Shown piece after piece: positions 1 through 9,432 of a stretch of DNA of 49,547 bases. Both the position numbers and the translations under genes were made by a program. Positions within the stretch are counted from its first letter, which is position 1. The number at the start of each line of letters is the position of its first letter. Under the pieces are notes generated by a model that saw nothing but the letters and a program-made list of their open reading frames with translations, made no database searches and was not told the origin of the DNA. This DNA comes from Polyangiaceae bacterium (lineage in GTDB: Bacteria > Myxococcota_A > Polyangia > Polyangiales > Polyangiaceae), in contig JBGANF010000050.1 of the NCBI GenBank assembly GCA_044222475.1, positions 1 through 49,547 of the forward strand, written 5' to 3'.

Positions 1-732
1 CTCACGAGCGATGCCATCGGAGACGTTCGCATCTGCCCGAAGGACTCCAAGGCGCTCGCCGTCCCGAGCAATCGCCCGATCGCGCTCACGAACTACCCGG
101 GGCTCGCGCGCGGCCGCGGCGTCGATCTCGGCATCTTCGACCTCAGCGGTGGCGTCGACGTGTTCTCGGCGAGCGCCATCAAGGACAAGTCCGGCGACTG
201 CGGGACGATGCGCAACACCTCGACCTTCACTCACCTCGCCATCACCCCTGCCTCGGGGCCCTCCGCCCTCGTCCTCGTCGACGACGCGAAGGGCGTGATC
301 ACGGCGAAGCAGATCGCGCTCACGGTGGGGGCGACTCCCACATCGGACGAAGTCGCAGGGCAGTTCGCGTTTGCTGGCACGGGCCTGACGGCAACCCAGC
401 TCACCATGACATTCCAGACGGCGAAGGCGCAGACTGGCACATCCGCGGCGTCGTCGGGGTTTCTCCTCCCGAAGTCGTACGGCGACAAAGTCCACGTGAG
501 CGACGACTCTGCGACGTTCACCTACGATCAGACCCTGGCGTCGATTCAGTACGTGTCCGATCCCACCACCGATCCGGTGACGTTCTTCGATCCTCGAACG
601 CAGTACCTCTTCATCCTCGTCGGCGACCCGAGCGAACCGTACTCGGCGTACAAGGCACCCGAGCAACTCACCGGGCGCGAGTTGCACCTTGCCGCCGTGC
701 CGTTCACCCTCGTCCCGAAAGGGGCACCGTGA
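1..732 (+). CDS. Hypothetical exported protein, 5'-truncated by window edge; tandem paralog of 729-1637
   Basis: Frame 1 is open from base 1 (LTSDAIGDVRICPK...LTNYPG...). Shares LTNYxG, DCG, QTLASIQYVSDPT, LVGDP and LTGRELHL motifs with the next ORF. Confidence 0.75.
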   Translation, partial: LTSDAIGDVRICPKDSKALAVPSNRPIALTNYPGLARGRGVDLGIFDLSGGVDVFSASAIKDKSGDCGTMRNTSTFTHLAITPASGPSALVLVDDAKGVITAKQIALTVGATPTSDEVAGQFAFAGTGLTATQLTMTFQTAKAQTGTSAASSGFLLPKSYGDKVHVSDDSATFTYDQTLASIQYVSDPTTDPVTFFDPRTQYLFILVGDPSEPYSAYKAPEQLTGRELHLAAVPFTLVPKGAP

Positions 733-1637
733 CGAGGACGCTCGCAGGTTTCGCGATCGCCAGTACGGTCGCCGTCTGCGCGTGCGGCATGGCGTCTTCG
801 GCGGCCGGGCCGCCGGTCCCCGGCCCCGACGCTGCCATCCTTGATCCCGACGGTAGCGTGCCCGTCGACCTGGACGGCGGGACCTCGCCGCCGCGGCTCG
901 TCGTCGTCAACGGCATCACGGAGGCGAAGGGAGCTTTCGACGGCGTCGTCATCTGCATCGGGAAGGGGACAGCGCAGCCACGGACGATCATGCCGCTCAC
1001 GAACTACGCTGGCATCCCGGTCGGCGGCGGCGCGGATTTCGGTGGCAAGCTGATCGGCAAGATCACGCTCGACGTCTTCGATGCCGCCAGCGCCGCCAAC
1101 CAGAGCGATTGTGGCTCACTCACCAACGGACAGGCGCACGCATCGATCCCGGTGGACGTGAAGACCGTCGGCACGACCGTGGTCACGCTCGTCACGGACG
1201 CCGCGAAGCCGATGAAGCTGGGCTCCCGCGTCATCCAGTACAACGGCGACTCGCCGAGCAAACCGGGCTACGTCACCGCCCACTTCGCGAACCTCTCGGC
1301 GGTGTCTGGTGGCGTCAAGCTCAGCATCGAGGGTCAGCCGATGGCGGATCTCCTGAGCAACACGGAGGTCTCGGCCCGCTTCGAGGTCAAGTATGGCCCG
1401 CAGGTCGAGCTTCTGGTCGAGAGCTCGACCGGCAACGTCACGCAGCGCCTCGAGTCTGTGCAGTATGCAAGCGATCCGACGAGTACCCCCGACGCCTACT
1501 TCGGGGTCCGCGCGTCGTTCCTCTTCGCCTTGGTGGGCGACCCGCAGGTCGGGTTCGATGCGAGCGCGCCGGCGAAGGATCTCACCGGCCGCGAGCTCCA
1601 TCTCGTCGCCGTGCGCTACGGCGACGGCTTGCCCTGA
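729..1637 (+). CDS. Hypothetical lipoprotein
   Basis: Signal peptide with lipobox-like VCAC; GTGA overlap with the upstream paralog. Confidence 0.8.
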   Translation: MTRTLAGFAIASTVAVCACGMASSAAGPPVPGPDAAILDPDGSVPVDLDGGTSPPRLVVVNGITEAKGAFDGVVICIGKGTAQPRTIMPLTNYAGIPVGGGADFGGKLIGKITLDVFDAASAANQSDCGSLTNGQAHASIPVDVKTVGTTVVTLVTDAAKPMKLGSRVIQYNGDSPSKPGYVTAHFANLSAVSGGVKLSIEGQPMADLLSNTEVSARFEVKYGPQVELLVESSTGNVTQRLESVQYASDPTSTPDAYFGVRASFLFALVGDPQVGFDASAPAKDLTGRELHLVAVRYGDGLP

Positions 1638-2323
1638 GCCGCGTCGCCGAGCCCGCCGCTCAGGCGCCATAGATCACGCCCCTGCAGGATGCGCCCATCG
1701 AGAGAGGGATCGTCGACCACCGCGAGGATCGCGCGACACAGCACCTCGATCGGGATCGGCCTCACGTCGTCGCCCCAGCCCTTGAGACCCGGGATCGCCT
1801 TGATCGCGCCGAAGAGATAGCCCGCACCGGCGATGTTCGGCCGCTTGCCGTGCGTACCTTCGCCGCCCTTCTGCGGGCTCATGAGCGCCGACGGTCGGAA
1901 GATGCTCCACGCGAGCCCGCTGTCTTGCACGATGCGCTCGCAGCGCTCCTTCATCTTCAAGTACGCGCCCATCCCGCCGGCGCCGTAGGACGAGAGAAGC
2001 AGGAAGCGCGGCACCTTCTCGGCCTTGGCTGCGGCGACCAGCTTCTCGGTCGAGCCGATGTCGGAGGTCTCGTAGGTGTCGCCCGCGGCGAAGCGGCTCT
2101 TCATCGTCCCGACGAACGAGATCACCGCGTCGCATCCACGCACGGCCGCGCGCAGGGCTTCGGCGTCGTCGAGATCGAACACGCGCGCGCGCGGGTCCTT
2201 CCCCAACGGCGTCTTGTCCTTGCTCTGCGGACGAACGTGGAAGACGAGCTCGTGGCGAGTTTCCGCCATCGGGACGAAGACCGTCCCGGTGGCGCCCGTG
2301 GCACCGGCGATGAAGACGCGCAT
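1616..2323 (-). CDS. NAD(P)H-binding atypical SDR / epimerase-family protein
   Basis: N-terminal IAGATGATG Rossmann motif; YLKMK (YxxxK); WSIFRPS. Confidence 0.85.
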   Translation of the reverse strand: MRVFIAGATGATGTVFVPMAETRHELVFHVRPQSKDKTPLGKDPRARVFDLDDAEALRAAVRGCDAVISFVGTMKSRFAAGDTYETSDIGSTEKLVAAAKAEKVPRFLLLSSYGAGGMGAYLKMKERCERIVQDSGLAWSIFRPSALMSPQKGGEGTHGKRPNIAGAGYLFGAIKAIPGLKGWGDDVRPIPIEVLCRAILAVVDDPSLDGRILQGRDLWRLSGGLGDAAQGKPSP

Positions 2324-2366
2324 GGCTGCAGTCTTAGCGGATCTCCGCGCCTCCGTGGGCGGGGGC

Positions 2367-2735
2367 TCACGCGTTTCGTGCGCGTTCGTGCAATCGGCGC
2401 GCCTCGTCGCGGCCGTCGTGGAGCCTCACGTGCTCTTCGAGCTTCCGCTCGACCTGGCCGAACGCGCGGTCGATCGCCGCGTAGAGGTCCTCGTTCGCGG
2501 CGTCGTCGTCGGGGGTCTGGTTGACGACGATCTCCGCCCCTGGAATGGTCAAATCGACCCGCACTTGATAGTGGCGACCGTGCTTTTTGTGCTGGTGCGG
2601 CGCTTCGATGACGACGTGGCATCCGGTGATCCGGTCATGGAAACGCTCGAGCTTCGCCGCGTGCTTCGCGACGTAGGCGTCGAGAGCTTCGGAGTGGGGG
2701 AGATGGCGAAACGTGACTTGCAGGGGACGATTCAT
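2367..2735 (-). CDS. hpf: Ribosome hibernation promoting factor / RaiA family
   Basis: LQVTFRHLPHSEALDAYV...HVVIE...DLYAAIDRAFGQVERKL matches the HPF/S30AE fold. Start placed at ATG 2735. Confidence 0.85.
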   Translation of the reverse strand: MNRPLQVTFRHLPHSEALDAYVAKHAAKLERFHDRITGCHVVIEAPHQHKKHGRHYQVRVDLTIPGAEIVVNQTPDDDAANEDLYAAIDRAFGQVERKLEEHVRLHDGRDEARRLHERARNA

Positions 2736-2747
2736 GGCCACCCCATA

Positions 2748-2763
2748 AGCATCGCCCGTGCCG
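2748..2763 (-). promoter_or_regulatory. Putative sigma-54 promoter for hpf
   Basis: CGGCACG-GGCG-ATGCT on the minus strand; GG-N10-GC spacing. Confidence 0.55.
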
Positions 2764-2774
2764 GGCTCGAGCGC

Positions 2775-3803
2775 TCACGGCGCGCCTCGCCTCCAGGTGC
2801 TGGGCGTCGTCCCGGTCCACCGCTTGAAGGCGCGGTGGAAGGCGCTGGGCTCGGAGAACCCCAAGAGGAAGGCGACCTCCGTCAGCGGTAGCCGCCGGTC
2901 GCGCACGTAGCTGCGCGCGAGGGCGGCGCGCGTGTCGTCGAGCAGCGCGCGGAACGAGGTCCCGCTCTCTTCGAGCCGGCGTCGCACCGTGCGGGCGCTC
3001 GTCGCCGTTCGCTTTGCCACGAGGTCGAGCGTGGGGAGCCCCTTCGGCAGCTCTTCGGCGACGATCTGGCGGATGCGCTCGTGCTCCGTCGACGCCGCTC
3101 CGCCGCGACGCTCCAGCGCGTCGTTGGCGAGGCCGCGCAAGAACGCTCCCAGCTGCACGTCCGCCTTCGGGAGCGACAGCTCGAGGTCTTCGCGGCGGAG
3201 CACCATCGCCGTGTCGCGCTGCTCGAAGCGCACGGGGCACGCGAAGAAGGCTTCGAGCCCCGACACGTCGGATGGAGCCGGGTGCGTGAAACGCACCTCG
3301 ACGGGGGCGACGTCGGCCTGGGTGAGGAGCCGCGCTCCGTTGAGGATCTCCGCCGGAAAGGACTCCGTCGCCGCGCGCCACCCTGGCCGGTCCGTGACGC
3401 GCGAACGGTGCGTCAACCGGAGCGTGCCGTTCTCACCGAGGACCATCTCGGGATCGTCGGTCCACAGGCCGATGTAGCGCACGACATGGCCGAGCGCCTC
3501 GCCGAGCGTCGCGCTGTTCATCGCGATGAAGCCGACGAGCCCGTAGTCGCCGGGAGCGTACTGTCGCGCGGCGAGAACCGCGCTACCGGGGTGCGGTCGG
3601 CGTCTCAGGACGGCCTCCCACAGGTCGTAGAGCGTCGAAAGGGCGAAGCGAGCGTCCGGATCGTCGGCCGCTGCGAGGTCGATCCGGACCTCGTCGCGGA
3701 TCGTCGATGGATCGACGCCGAGCTCGGCGAGGGTGGTGAGGCCCTTGCGGATGGCGCCGCTGGCGATCGTGGGGTGACGAGCCGACATGACCGTCGCGTC
3801 CAT
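2775..3803 (-). CDS. AraC-family transcriptional regulator (Arabinose_bd_2-type N-domain)
   Basis: C-terminal LTEVAFLLGFSEPSAFHRAFKRWTGTTP HTH. Start uncertain (3803 or 3788). Confidence 0.9.
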   Translation of the reverse strand: MDATVMSARHPTIASGAIRKGLTTLAELGVDPSTIRDEVRIDLAAADDPDARFALSTLYDLWEAVLRRRPHPGSAVLAARQYAPGDYGLVGFIAMNSATLGEALGHVVRYIGLWTDDPEMVLGENGTLRLTHRSRVTDRPGWRAATESFPAEILNGARLLTQADVAPVEVRFTHPAPSDVSGLEAFFACPVRFEQRDTAMVLRREDLELSLPKADVQLGAFLRGLANDALERRGGAASTEHERIRQIVAEELPKGLPTLDLVAKRTATSARTVRRRLEESGTSFRALLDDTRAALARSYVRDRRLPLTEVAFLLGFSEPSAFHRAFKRWTGTTPSTWRRGAP

Positions 3804-3846
3804 CGTACCCTTTTCGATGGTCGCTCGGCGTGCGAGAGTCCCGGCG

Positions 3847-4374
3847 ATGCGCCTCGCGGTCTTCTGTGGCTCTCGAACCGGAACGAAACCGACCTTCGCC
3901 GACACCGCTCGTTCGTTCGGCGCGGCGCTCGCGCGTCGCAAGATCGGGCTCGTGTACGGCGGCGCGAGCGTCGGCACGATGGGCATCCTCGCGGACGCGG
4001 TGCTCGCCGGAGGTGGCGAGGTCATCGGCGTGATCCCCCGCAGCGTCTTCAAGAGCGAGGTCGCGCATCAGAAGCTGACGAAGCTTCACGTGGTGGCGTC
4101 GATGCACGAGCGCAAGGCGTTGATGGCGCAGCTCGCCGACGGCTTCGTCGCTCTCCCCGGAGGGACGGGCACGTTCGACGAGCTGTTCGAGATCCTCACG
4201 TGGCGACAGATCGGGATCCACGACAAGCGGATCGGAATCCTCGACGCCGGCGGATACTACGCGCCGCTCCGCGCGATGCTCGCCGCGATCGTCGGCGAGG
4301 GCTTCGGCGACCCGGCTCCGATCGACGTCGTCAGCGACGACGTCGATCGAGTCATCGACTTGGTCGTCGGCTGA
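3847..4374 (+). CDS. LOG family nucleotide phosphoribohydrolase (TIGR00730-type)
   Basis: AVFCGS, LVYGG, MHERKALM and PGGTGTFDE motifs. Confidence 0.92.
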   Translation: MRLAVFCGSRTGTKPTFADTARSFGAALARRKIGLVYGGASVGTMGILADAVLAGGGEVIGVIPRSVFKSEVAHQKLTKLHVVASMHERKALMAQLADGFVALPGGTGTFDELFEILTWRQIGIHDKRIGILDAGGYYAPLRAMLAAIVGEGFGDPAPIDVVSDDVDRVIDLVVG

Positions 4375-4375
4375 G

Positions 4376-4885
4376 TCACTGACCGAGGACGCAGTCGTAG
4401 CGCATGCGAGTCGCGTTCACGACCGGCGGCGTCCCGTCGGTGGCGCGCACGAGCGTCATGCGCACGCGCAGGAACCGCTGGGACTTCTGCCCGGCGGCGG
4501 TGAGCTTCGAGTCGACGTCGATCCCGGCCCAGTCGATGACGGGCGCTCCCTTGATCGTCCCGAGATCGACCGAAGTGGCCGCGTCGAGGCCGGCGTACGT
4601 CGCGGCGGACTGTACGCGGAGCACGATCGACGAGTCCTTCGGGGTGTCGGTCTTGAAGTCGAAGAAGTGCCAGACCGCCAAGCTGCCCTGGTTGCAGACC
4701 CCCTCGTACTCGCGGAAGAAGGTGACGCCGGCGTCGTCGTCGAGGCCGGCGTCTTTCGGCGCGATGGCCGGCGCTTCGGCGTCGTAGAGCGGCTTCGCCG
4801 CGTCGGAGTCGGCGAGCGGAGGTGGGCGATCGCTCGAGCAAGCGAACGAGAAGAGGAAGAGCGCCGCCGGGACAAACCGCCGCAT
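4376..4885 (-). CDS. Hypothetical lipoprotein
   Basis: MRRFVPAALFLFSFAC lipobox; DAG linker; beta-rich C-terminal domain. Confidence 0.75.
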   Translation of the reverse strand: MRRFVPAALFLFSFACSSDRPPPLADSDAAKPLYDAEAPAIAPKDAGLDDDAGVTFFREYEGVCNQGSLAVWHFFDFKTDTPKDSSIVLRVQSAATYAGLDAATSVDLGTIKGAPVIDWAGIDVDSKLTAAGQKSQRFLRVRMTLVRATDGTPPVVNATRMRYDCVLGQ

Positions 4886-4954
4886 GCTCCCGTCAGTGTA
4901 GCGCATTATCCTTCCGGCTCGATTTGCAGCCGTGCGAGGGCGTACGATCCGTGC

Positions 4955-5683
4955 ATGGTGCATCGAGTCCTTCTCGCCTGCGGTCTTCCGCTGCTTCTCC
5001 TCGCTGCGTGCTCCACGTCGAGCACGACCACGACGCCCGAGGCAGGGCCGACGAACGCGCTGAAGTGCGGCGCCGGGGGGATCACGGGGACGCTGAAGTT
5101 CGCCGACGAAGCCACGCTCGGATCCATCGCGGGCGCGACGTTGACCGTGACGCCTGGCTGCAACCCGGTCACCACCGACGACCTCGGTCAGGTGCAGGTC
5201 GATCTCGCGCCGCAGCTCACGAAGGTCCACTTCTCCGGGGCGGGGTACATCCCTTCGCACGGAGAGGCGGTGCCGGTCGCGAGCGGCTTCTACCGGACGC
5301 TCTACATGATCAGCGAAGCGAAACGCGACGCACTCTTCCCCGGTTGGACGAAGGGGAGCGGCTACGTCGTCGTGGTCACCTATGCCGCCACGAGCGACGC
5401 CGGGGGCTGCACCACGCAGGAGGGGCTCGTCGTCTCGGTGAAGGGCCATCCGGAGCTCACGGCGGTGTACCTGAAGGACGCGAGCACTCGCGACCCGACG
5501 CTGAAGACCACGAACATCAACGGCCTCGCCGTCTTCGGGCCGGTCCCGCCTGGCACGTACGAGTTCGAGTCGAGCAAGACCGGCTGCGTCGCCGGACCCG
5601 ACAACGGGAAGTACTTCACGTGGCCGGCCGTGGCGGACGTCGAGGCCGACACGCTCACCGAGGTTCAGCTCAAGCTCCCGTGA
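4955..5683 (+). CDS. Lipoprotein with carboxypeptidase-regulatory-like beta-sandwich domains
   Basis: LLLLAAC lipobox; TTDDLG, GLAVFGPVPPGTY motifs; similar to 36176-36949. Confidence 0.75.
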   Translation: MVHRVLLACGLPLLLLAACSTSSTTTTPEAGPTNALKCGAGGITGTLKFADEATLGSIAGATLTVTPGCNPVTTDDLGQVQVDLAPQLTKVHFSGAGYIPSHGEAVPVASGFYRTLYMISEAKRDALFPGWTKGSGYVVVVTYAATSDAGGCTTQEGLVVSVKGHPELTAVYLKDASTRDPTLKTTNINGLAVFGPVPPGTYEFESSKTGCVAGPDNGKYFTWPAVADVEADTLTEVQLKLP

Positions 5684-6437
5684 ACGTCACGCGCGCGCCG
5701 ATCGGCGTCGCGAAGAACCGATCGAAGTCCGCGTCGTCGAGGAACCCGATCACGGGGTACCCGCCGGTCGTCGGGTGATCCGGCCCGAGCACGATGGGCT
5801 GTCCGTCGGGAGGGACCTGAATCGCGCCCTGAACCATCGGGACGGACTGGCCGATGGGCGCGACGATCACCGGCTCGCCGATCAAGCGAACGCCGACGCG
5901 GTCACTCTCGGGCGAAATGGTCCATGAGCCGTTCATCTGTCCCAACTCGGTACCAGCCCACGGTCGGAACGATCGGCCCTCGTCCTCGTGCGCGTGCGTG
6001 TGCGCGCGCGCCCGCGCGGCCGGCTGCCCGATCGGCAAGACGTCTCCCCTCCGCAACCCTCGCCCCTCGAAGCCCCCGAATCCGGCGACGAGCAACGTCG
6101 CCCTCGCGCCGAGCCTCAGCGGAACGTCGATCCCCCCGCGCACCGCGAGGTACCGAACGCGGTCCATCCCGCTCTCGACGACGATCGTCCCGCCGGGCGC
6201 GAGCTCCACGAGCGGTCCACGGTCGGTCGCCACGGCTGCTGGTGCCTCCGCCTCGATCACGAGCCGCCCGAAGACCTCGAGGCCAGCCGCACCGGCCTCG
6301 TTGCCGACCGCCGCGTTCGCCCGCGCGAGCGCGCCGCGCACCAGCGCTCCGCCCGGCGGCACGCCGAGGTGCATGAACCCTGGTCGCCCTCGATCCTGCA
6401 CCGAGCAGAGGCCGGCCACCGAGACGACACGAATCAT
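5670..6437 (-). CDS. pxpC: 5-oxoprolinase subunit C (carboxyltransferase-like)
   Basis: SVQDRGRPG, GVPPGGAL, SDRVGVRL, GAIQVPPDGQPIVLGPDHPTTGGYP; overlaps the pxpB stop. Confidence 0.9.
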   Translation of the reverse strand: MIRVVSVAGLCSVQDRGRPGFMHLGVPPGGALVRGALARANAAVGNEAGAAGLEVFGRLVIEAEAPAAVATDRGPLVELAPGGTIVVESGMDRVRYLAVRGGIDVPLRLGARATLLVAGFGGFEGRGLRRGDVLPIGQPAARARAHTHAHEDEGRSFRPWAGTELGQMNGSWTISPESDRVGVRLIGEPVIVAPIGQSVPMVQGAIQVPPDGQPIVLGPDHPTTGGYPVIGFLDDADFDRFFATPIGARVTFTGA

Positions 6438-7015
6438 CGCACCTCGCGGAATCGGACGCGGTCCCCGGGAGCGAAGAGCGGCCCGGCATCCCTGTCCCAA
6501 ACTGGGACAGAGCCGACGCGACCCAACAGGTGCCACCCGCCGGGGGAAGGGAAGGGGTACACGCCGGTGTACGGACCGCCGATCGCGACGGCGCCCGCCG
6601 GGACCCGCACCCGAGGCGTGTCGCGACGCGGAACGACGAGCCTCGGGTCGAGCCCGGCGAGGTACGCGAACCCGGGGAGGAACCCGAGGAACGCGACCTC
6701 GTACGAGGGTTCGACGTGGAGTCGCACGACCTCTGCGGTGGTCGAGCCGATGCGCTCGGCGATCGCCGCCAGGTCTTCGCCGTCGTACCTCACGTCGACC
6801 TCGTGGGTCCGGGGAGCGGGCGCCGGCAACGCCAGATCGAGCATCGGCGCCGTCTCCGGGGCGTCCCCGTCGAAGGTGAGCCCGACCCATGCGTCGGTGA
6901 CGACGACGTCGCGTACGCCGGCGACCCCTCGCCCAGCAGCGACGATGGCGCTCGCGCTCGCGCGCGGTCGCGGGATGCGGATCGCTCGTCGCCCCAGGCG
7001 CACGACGTCGCTCAT
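6434..7015 (-). CDS. pxpB: 5-oxoprolinase subunit B
   Basis: YDGEDL, GFLPGFAYL, VPAGAVAIGG, SPGGWHLLG. Confidence 0.9.
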   Translation of the reverse strand: MSDVVRLGRRAIRIPRPRASASAIVAAGRGVAGVRDVVVTDAWVGLTFDGDAPETAPMLDLALPAPAPRTHEVDVRYDGEDLAAIAERIGSTTAEVVRLHVEPSYEVAFLGFLPGFAYLAGLDPRLVVPRRDTPRVRVPAGAVAIGGPYTGVYPFPSPGGWHLLGRVGSVPVWDRDAGPLFAPGDRVRFREVR

Positions 7016-7704
7016 CGCGCGACCTCGTCGACGACGCGGCGGACTGCGCGCGCGATCGAGAGCGCGTTCGGCGTGTCGCCGTGAACGCAGATCGTGTCCA
7101 CGCTCGCCGCGAGGGCACGCGCTCGCTCCGCCGCGAGCGCCGGATCGGAGACGAGATCACCGGGCTGACCCCGAGGCACCAGGGTCCCGTCGGCGCGCAC
7201 CCCGCGGTCGGCGAAGCCTTCGACGGCGAAGCGCACGCCGAGCTCTCGCGTGCGCTTTTCGATGGCCCCGCCGCGAGGTCCGACGACCGCGATCTCCCAA
7301 CCGAGCGCTTCGATCGTCCCTCGAAGCGCGGCGTCGGCGATGGCCTCGTCGGCGTGAGCCGAGTGATAGAGCGCCCCGTGGAGCTTCGCGAAGCCGATGG
7401 TCGCGCCAGCCTGGCGCGCGACCGACGCGAGGGCGTGGCACTGCTCGGCGATGGATGCGAGTAGCGCTTCGGCCTCGATCGGCATCGCGCGACGCCCGAA
7501 GCCCGCGCGATCGGGGAACGAGGGATGGGCCCCCACTCTCGTTCCGCACGAGAGGCAGGCCTCGATCACGCGCTTCATCGACGCGTCGTCGCCGGCGTGC
7601 CCGCCGCAGGCGACGTTCACGACGTGCGCCAGCCGGTACAGCTCGGCCGGCTCGCGCTCGGGGTCGAGCTCCCCTGCGTCGATGTTCAGAAACGGCGCCC
7701 GCAC
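7012..7704 (-). CDS. pxpA: 5-oxoprolinase subunit A (LamB/YcsF)
   Basis: LNIDAGE, NVACGGHAGD, GAHPSFPDRAGFGRR, KLHGALY, TICVHGD. Confidence 0.92.
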   Translation of the reverse strand: MRAPFLNIDAGELDPEREPAELYRLAHVVNVACGGHAGDDASMKRVIEACLSCGTRVGAHPSFPDRAGFGRRAMPIEAEALLASIAEQCHALASVARQAGATIGFAKLHGALYHSAHADEAIADAALRGTIEALGWEIAVVGPRGGAIEKRTRELGVRFAVEGFADRGVRADGTLVPRGQPGDLVSDPALAAERARALAASVDTICVHGDTPNALSIARAVRRVVDEVAR

Positions 7705-7752
7705 ACGAAGACTTCACCACCGCGGCAGGCCTCGCGCTACTCTTTGTTGGTC

Positions 7753-8439
7753 ATGCGAAGCACCCTCCTTCCCCTACTCGTCCTGGCCACTGCGTGCTCA
7801 TCCGGAACGACGACGGTCACACCGACCGACGCCGCGACCGACGTCGACAACGGCGATGCCGGCAAGCCCTACGTACCGGCGGGTACGACGCAGGTGCCGT
7901 ACCTCTCGGCCGACGCGGGGACGCGCAAGTACACCAAGGCCGATCAGGTGATCGAGGCGGGCAAGGACTACTTCGCCGTGCTCGAGACCGACGTCGGTCG
8001 CATCGTGCTCGACCTCTACGAGACGCGGACGCCGATCACGGTCAACTCGTTCGTCTTCCTCGCGCTGCACCACTACTACGAGGGCGTCGCGTTCCACCGC
8101 GTCATCGACGCGTTCATGGCGCAGACCGGCGATCCGAAGAGCATCGCCGGCCCGCCTTCGACGTGGGGCACCGGCGGTCCGGGCTACGTGTTCGACGTCG
8201 AGCTCCAACCGGATCTCAAGTTCGACGGTCCGGGCGTCCTCGGGATGGCGCGAGGCAACACGACCAACTCGAACGGGTCGCAGTTCTTCATCACGCTCGT
8301 CGCGTATCCTTCGCTCGACCAGCAGTACACGGTCTGGGGCAAGGTCACCGAAGGGCTCGACGTGCTCCCCAACATCGTGCGCGGCGAGCCGCCGACCACG
8401 CCGACCCGAATCAGTGAGATTCGGATCGCCGTGAAGTGA
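7753..8439 (+). CDS. Cyclophilin-type peptidylprolyl isomerase, lipoprotein
   Basis: LVLATAC lipobox; FHRVIDAFMAQTGDP, NGSQFFIT, YTVWGKV. Confidence 0.92.
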   Translation: MRSTLLPLLVLATACSSGTTTVTPTDAATDVDNGDAGKPYVPAGTTQVPYLSADAGTRKYTKADQVIEAGKDYFAVLETDVGRIVLDLYETRTPITVNSFVFLALHHYYEGVAFHRVIDAFMAQTGDPKSIAGPPSTWGTGGPGYVFDVELQPDLKFDGPGVLGMARGNTTNSNGSQFFITLVAYPSLDQQYTVWGKVTEGLDVLPNIVRGEPPTTPTRISEIRIAVK

Positions 8440-9011
8440 CATAGAAGTCCCAGAACTTCTCTGCCCAAATTGCGCCGCCCTGGTTGTTCGGGTGGATGCC
8501 GTCGGGCCACTTCGGGAGCACGAGGGCGGACGAATCGAACACCGTGCACCCGGTGGCGTTCGCCTTGATGACCTCGACGATGCCAGTGTCGGGTGGTTTC
8601 CACAGCGGGGGAGTGATCCAGTAGCAAGGGCGACCGTCGGCCGATGCCTTCTTCGCGATGGACGCGACGAAGCGCGCGAGCGCCTTCGGGTTGGGGACGA
8701 AGACGTCGTTGGCGCCGAGGTTCAAGATCACCATGTCGGGGTGATGCTTCTCGAGGAGCTTACCGAAGTAGTTCTGGTAGTCGAACGTCTGCACGGTGGC
8801 GACGCGCGTGGAGCACCACCTTCGGCGGTGGTGGGGCGGTAGGGGCAGGCGGCGCGGAAGCCTCGGGGGCCACGGCGACCACGACGCTCGGCGCGGCCGC
8901 GGTCGGAACGGGAGCGACCGGAGCGCTCGCGACGGTCACGGTCGTCGCGGGCGCCCGTGCGGCGCACCCGCACGCGAACGCAACCACCCAGAGAACGCGC
9001 AATCGCCCCAC
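8411..9011 (-). pseudogene. SGNH/GDSL-hydrolase-like lipoprotein split by a frameshifting internal deletion
   Basis: Lipoprotein N-part (MGRLRVLWVVAFACGC...PPPPKVVLHA) and C-part (LNLGANDV...DGIHP) lie in different frames, joined near 8803-8806. The block-I GDS motif is absent. Confidence 0.65.
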
Positions 9012-9060
9012 GACGCGATCCAACCGCGGAAACCACGACGAGGCCAAGAATCCTGTGGCC

Positions 9061-9351
9061 GCTTCCGCTTCCGCGTCCGCTTCCGCGACCGCTTCCGCTT
9101 CCGCTTCCGCTTCCGCTTCCGCTTCCGCTTCCGCTTCCGCTTCCGCTTCCGCTTCCGCTTCCGCTTCCGCTTCCGCTTCCGCTTCCGCTTCCGCTTCCGC
9201 TTCCGCTTCCGCTTCCGCTTCCGCTTCCGCTTCCGCTTCCGCTTCCGCTTCCGCTTCCGCTTCCGCTTCCGCTTCCGCTTCCGCTTCCGCTTCCGCTTCC
9301 GCTTCCGGCTTCCGCTTCCGCTTCCGCTTCCGCTTCCGTGTCTCCGCTTCC
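9061..9351. repeat. (GCTTCC)n hexamer microsatellite, about 46-47 units
   Basis: 41 units at 9061-9306 (two variants), a 1-nt insertion, 5 more units to 9337, and one at 9346-9351. Confidence 0.97.
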
Positions 9352-9432
9352 AATATATGTGTCGATGACGCGCCGCCGACCAAGCCCGTCAGCTCGCTTT
9401 GGCGTTCCCGGTGGACGCTCCGAAGTCCGCGC

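Noticed and set aside
5988..8417. 809-aa ORF and similar long Arg/Ala/Pro-rich ORFs (9942-12044, 12082-13896, 32412-34070, 41639-43825, and the 39009-40367 extension)
   Set aside because: Shadow frames typical of ~70% GC DNA, overlapping genes with recognisable motifs.
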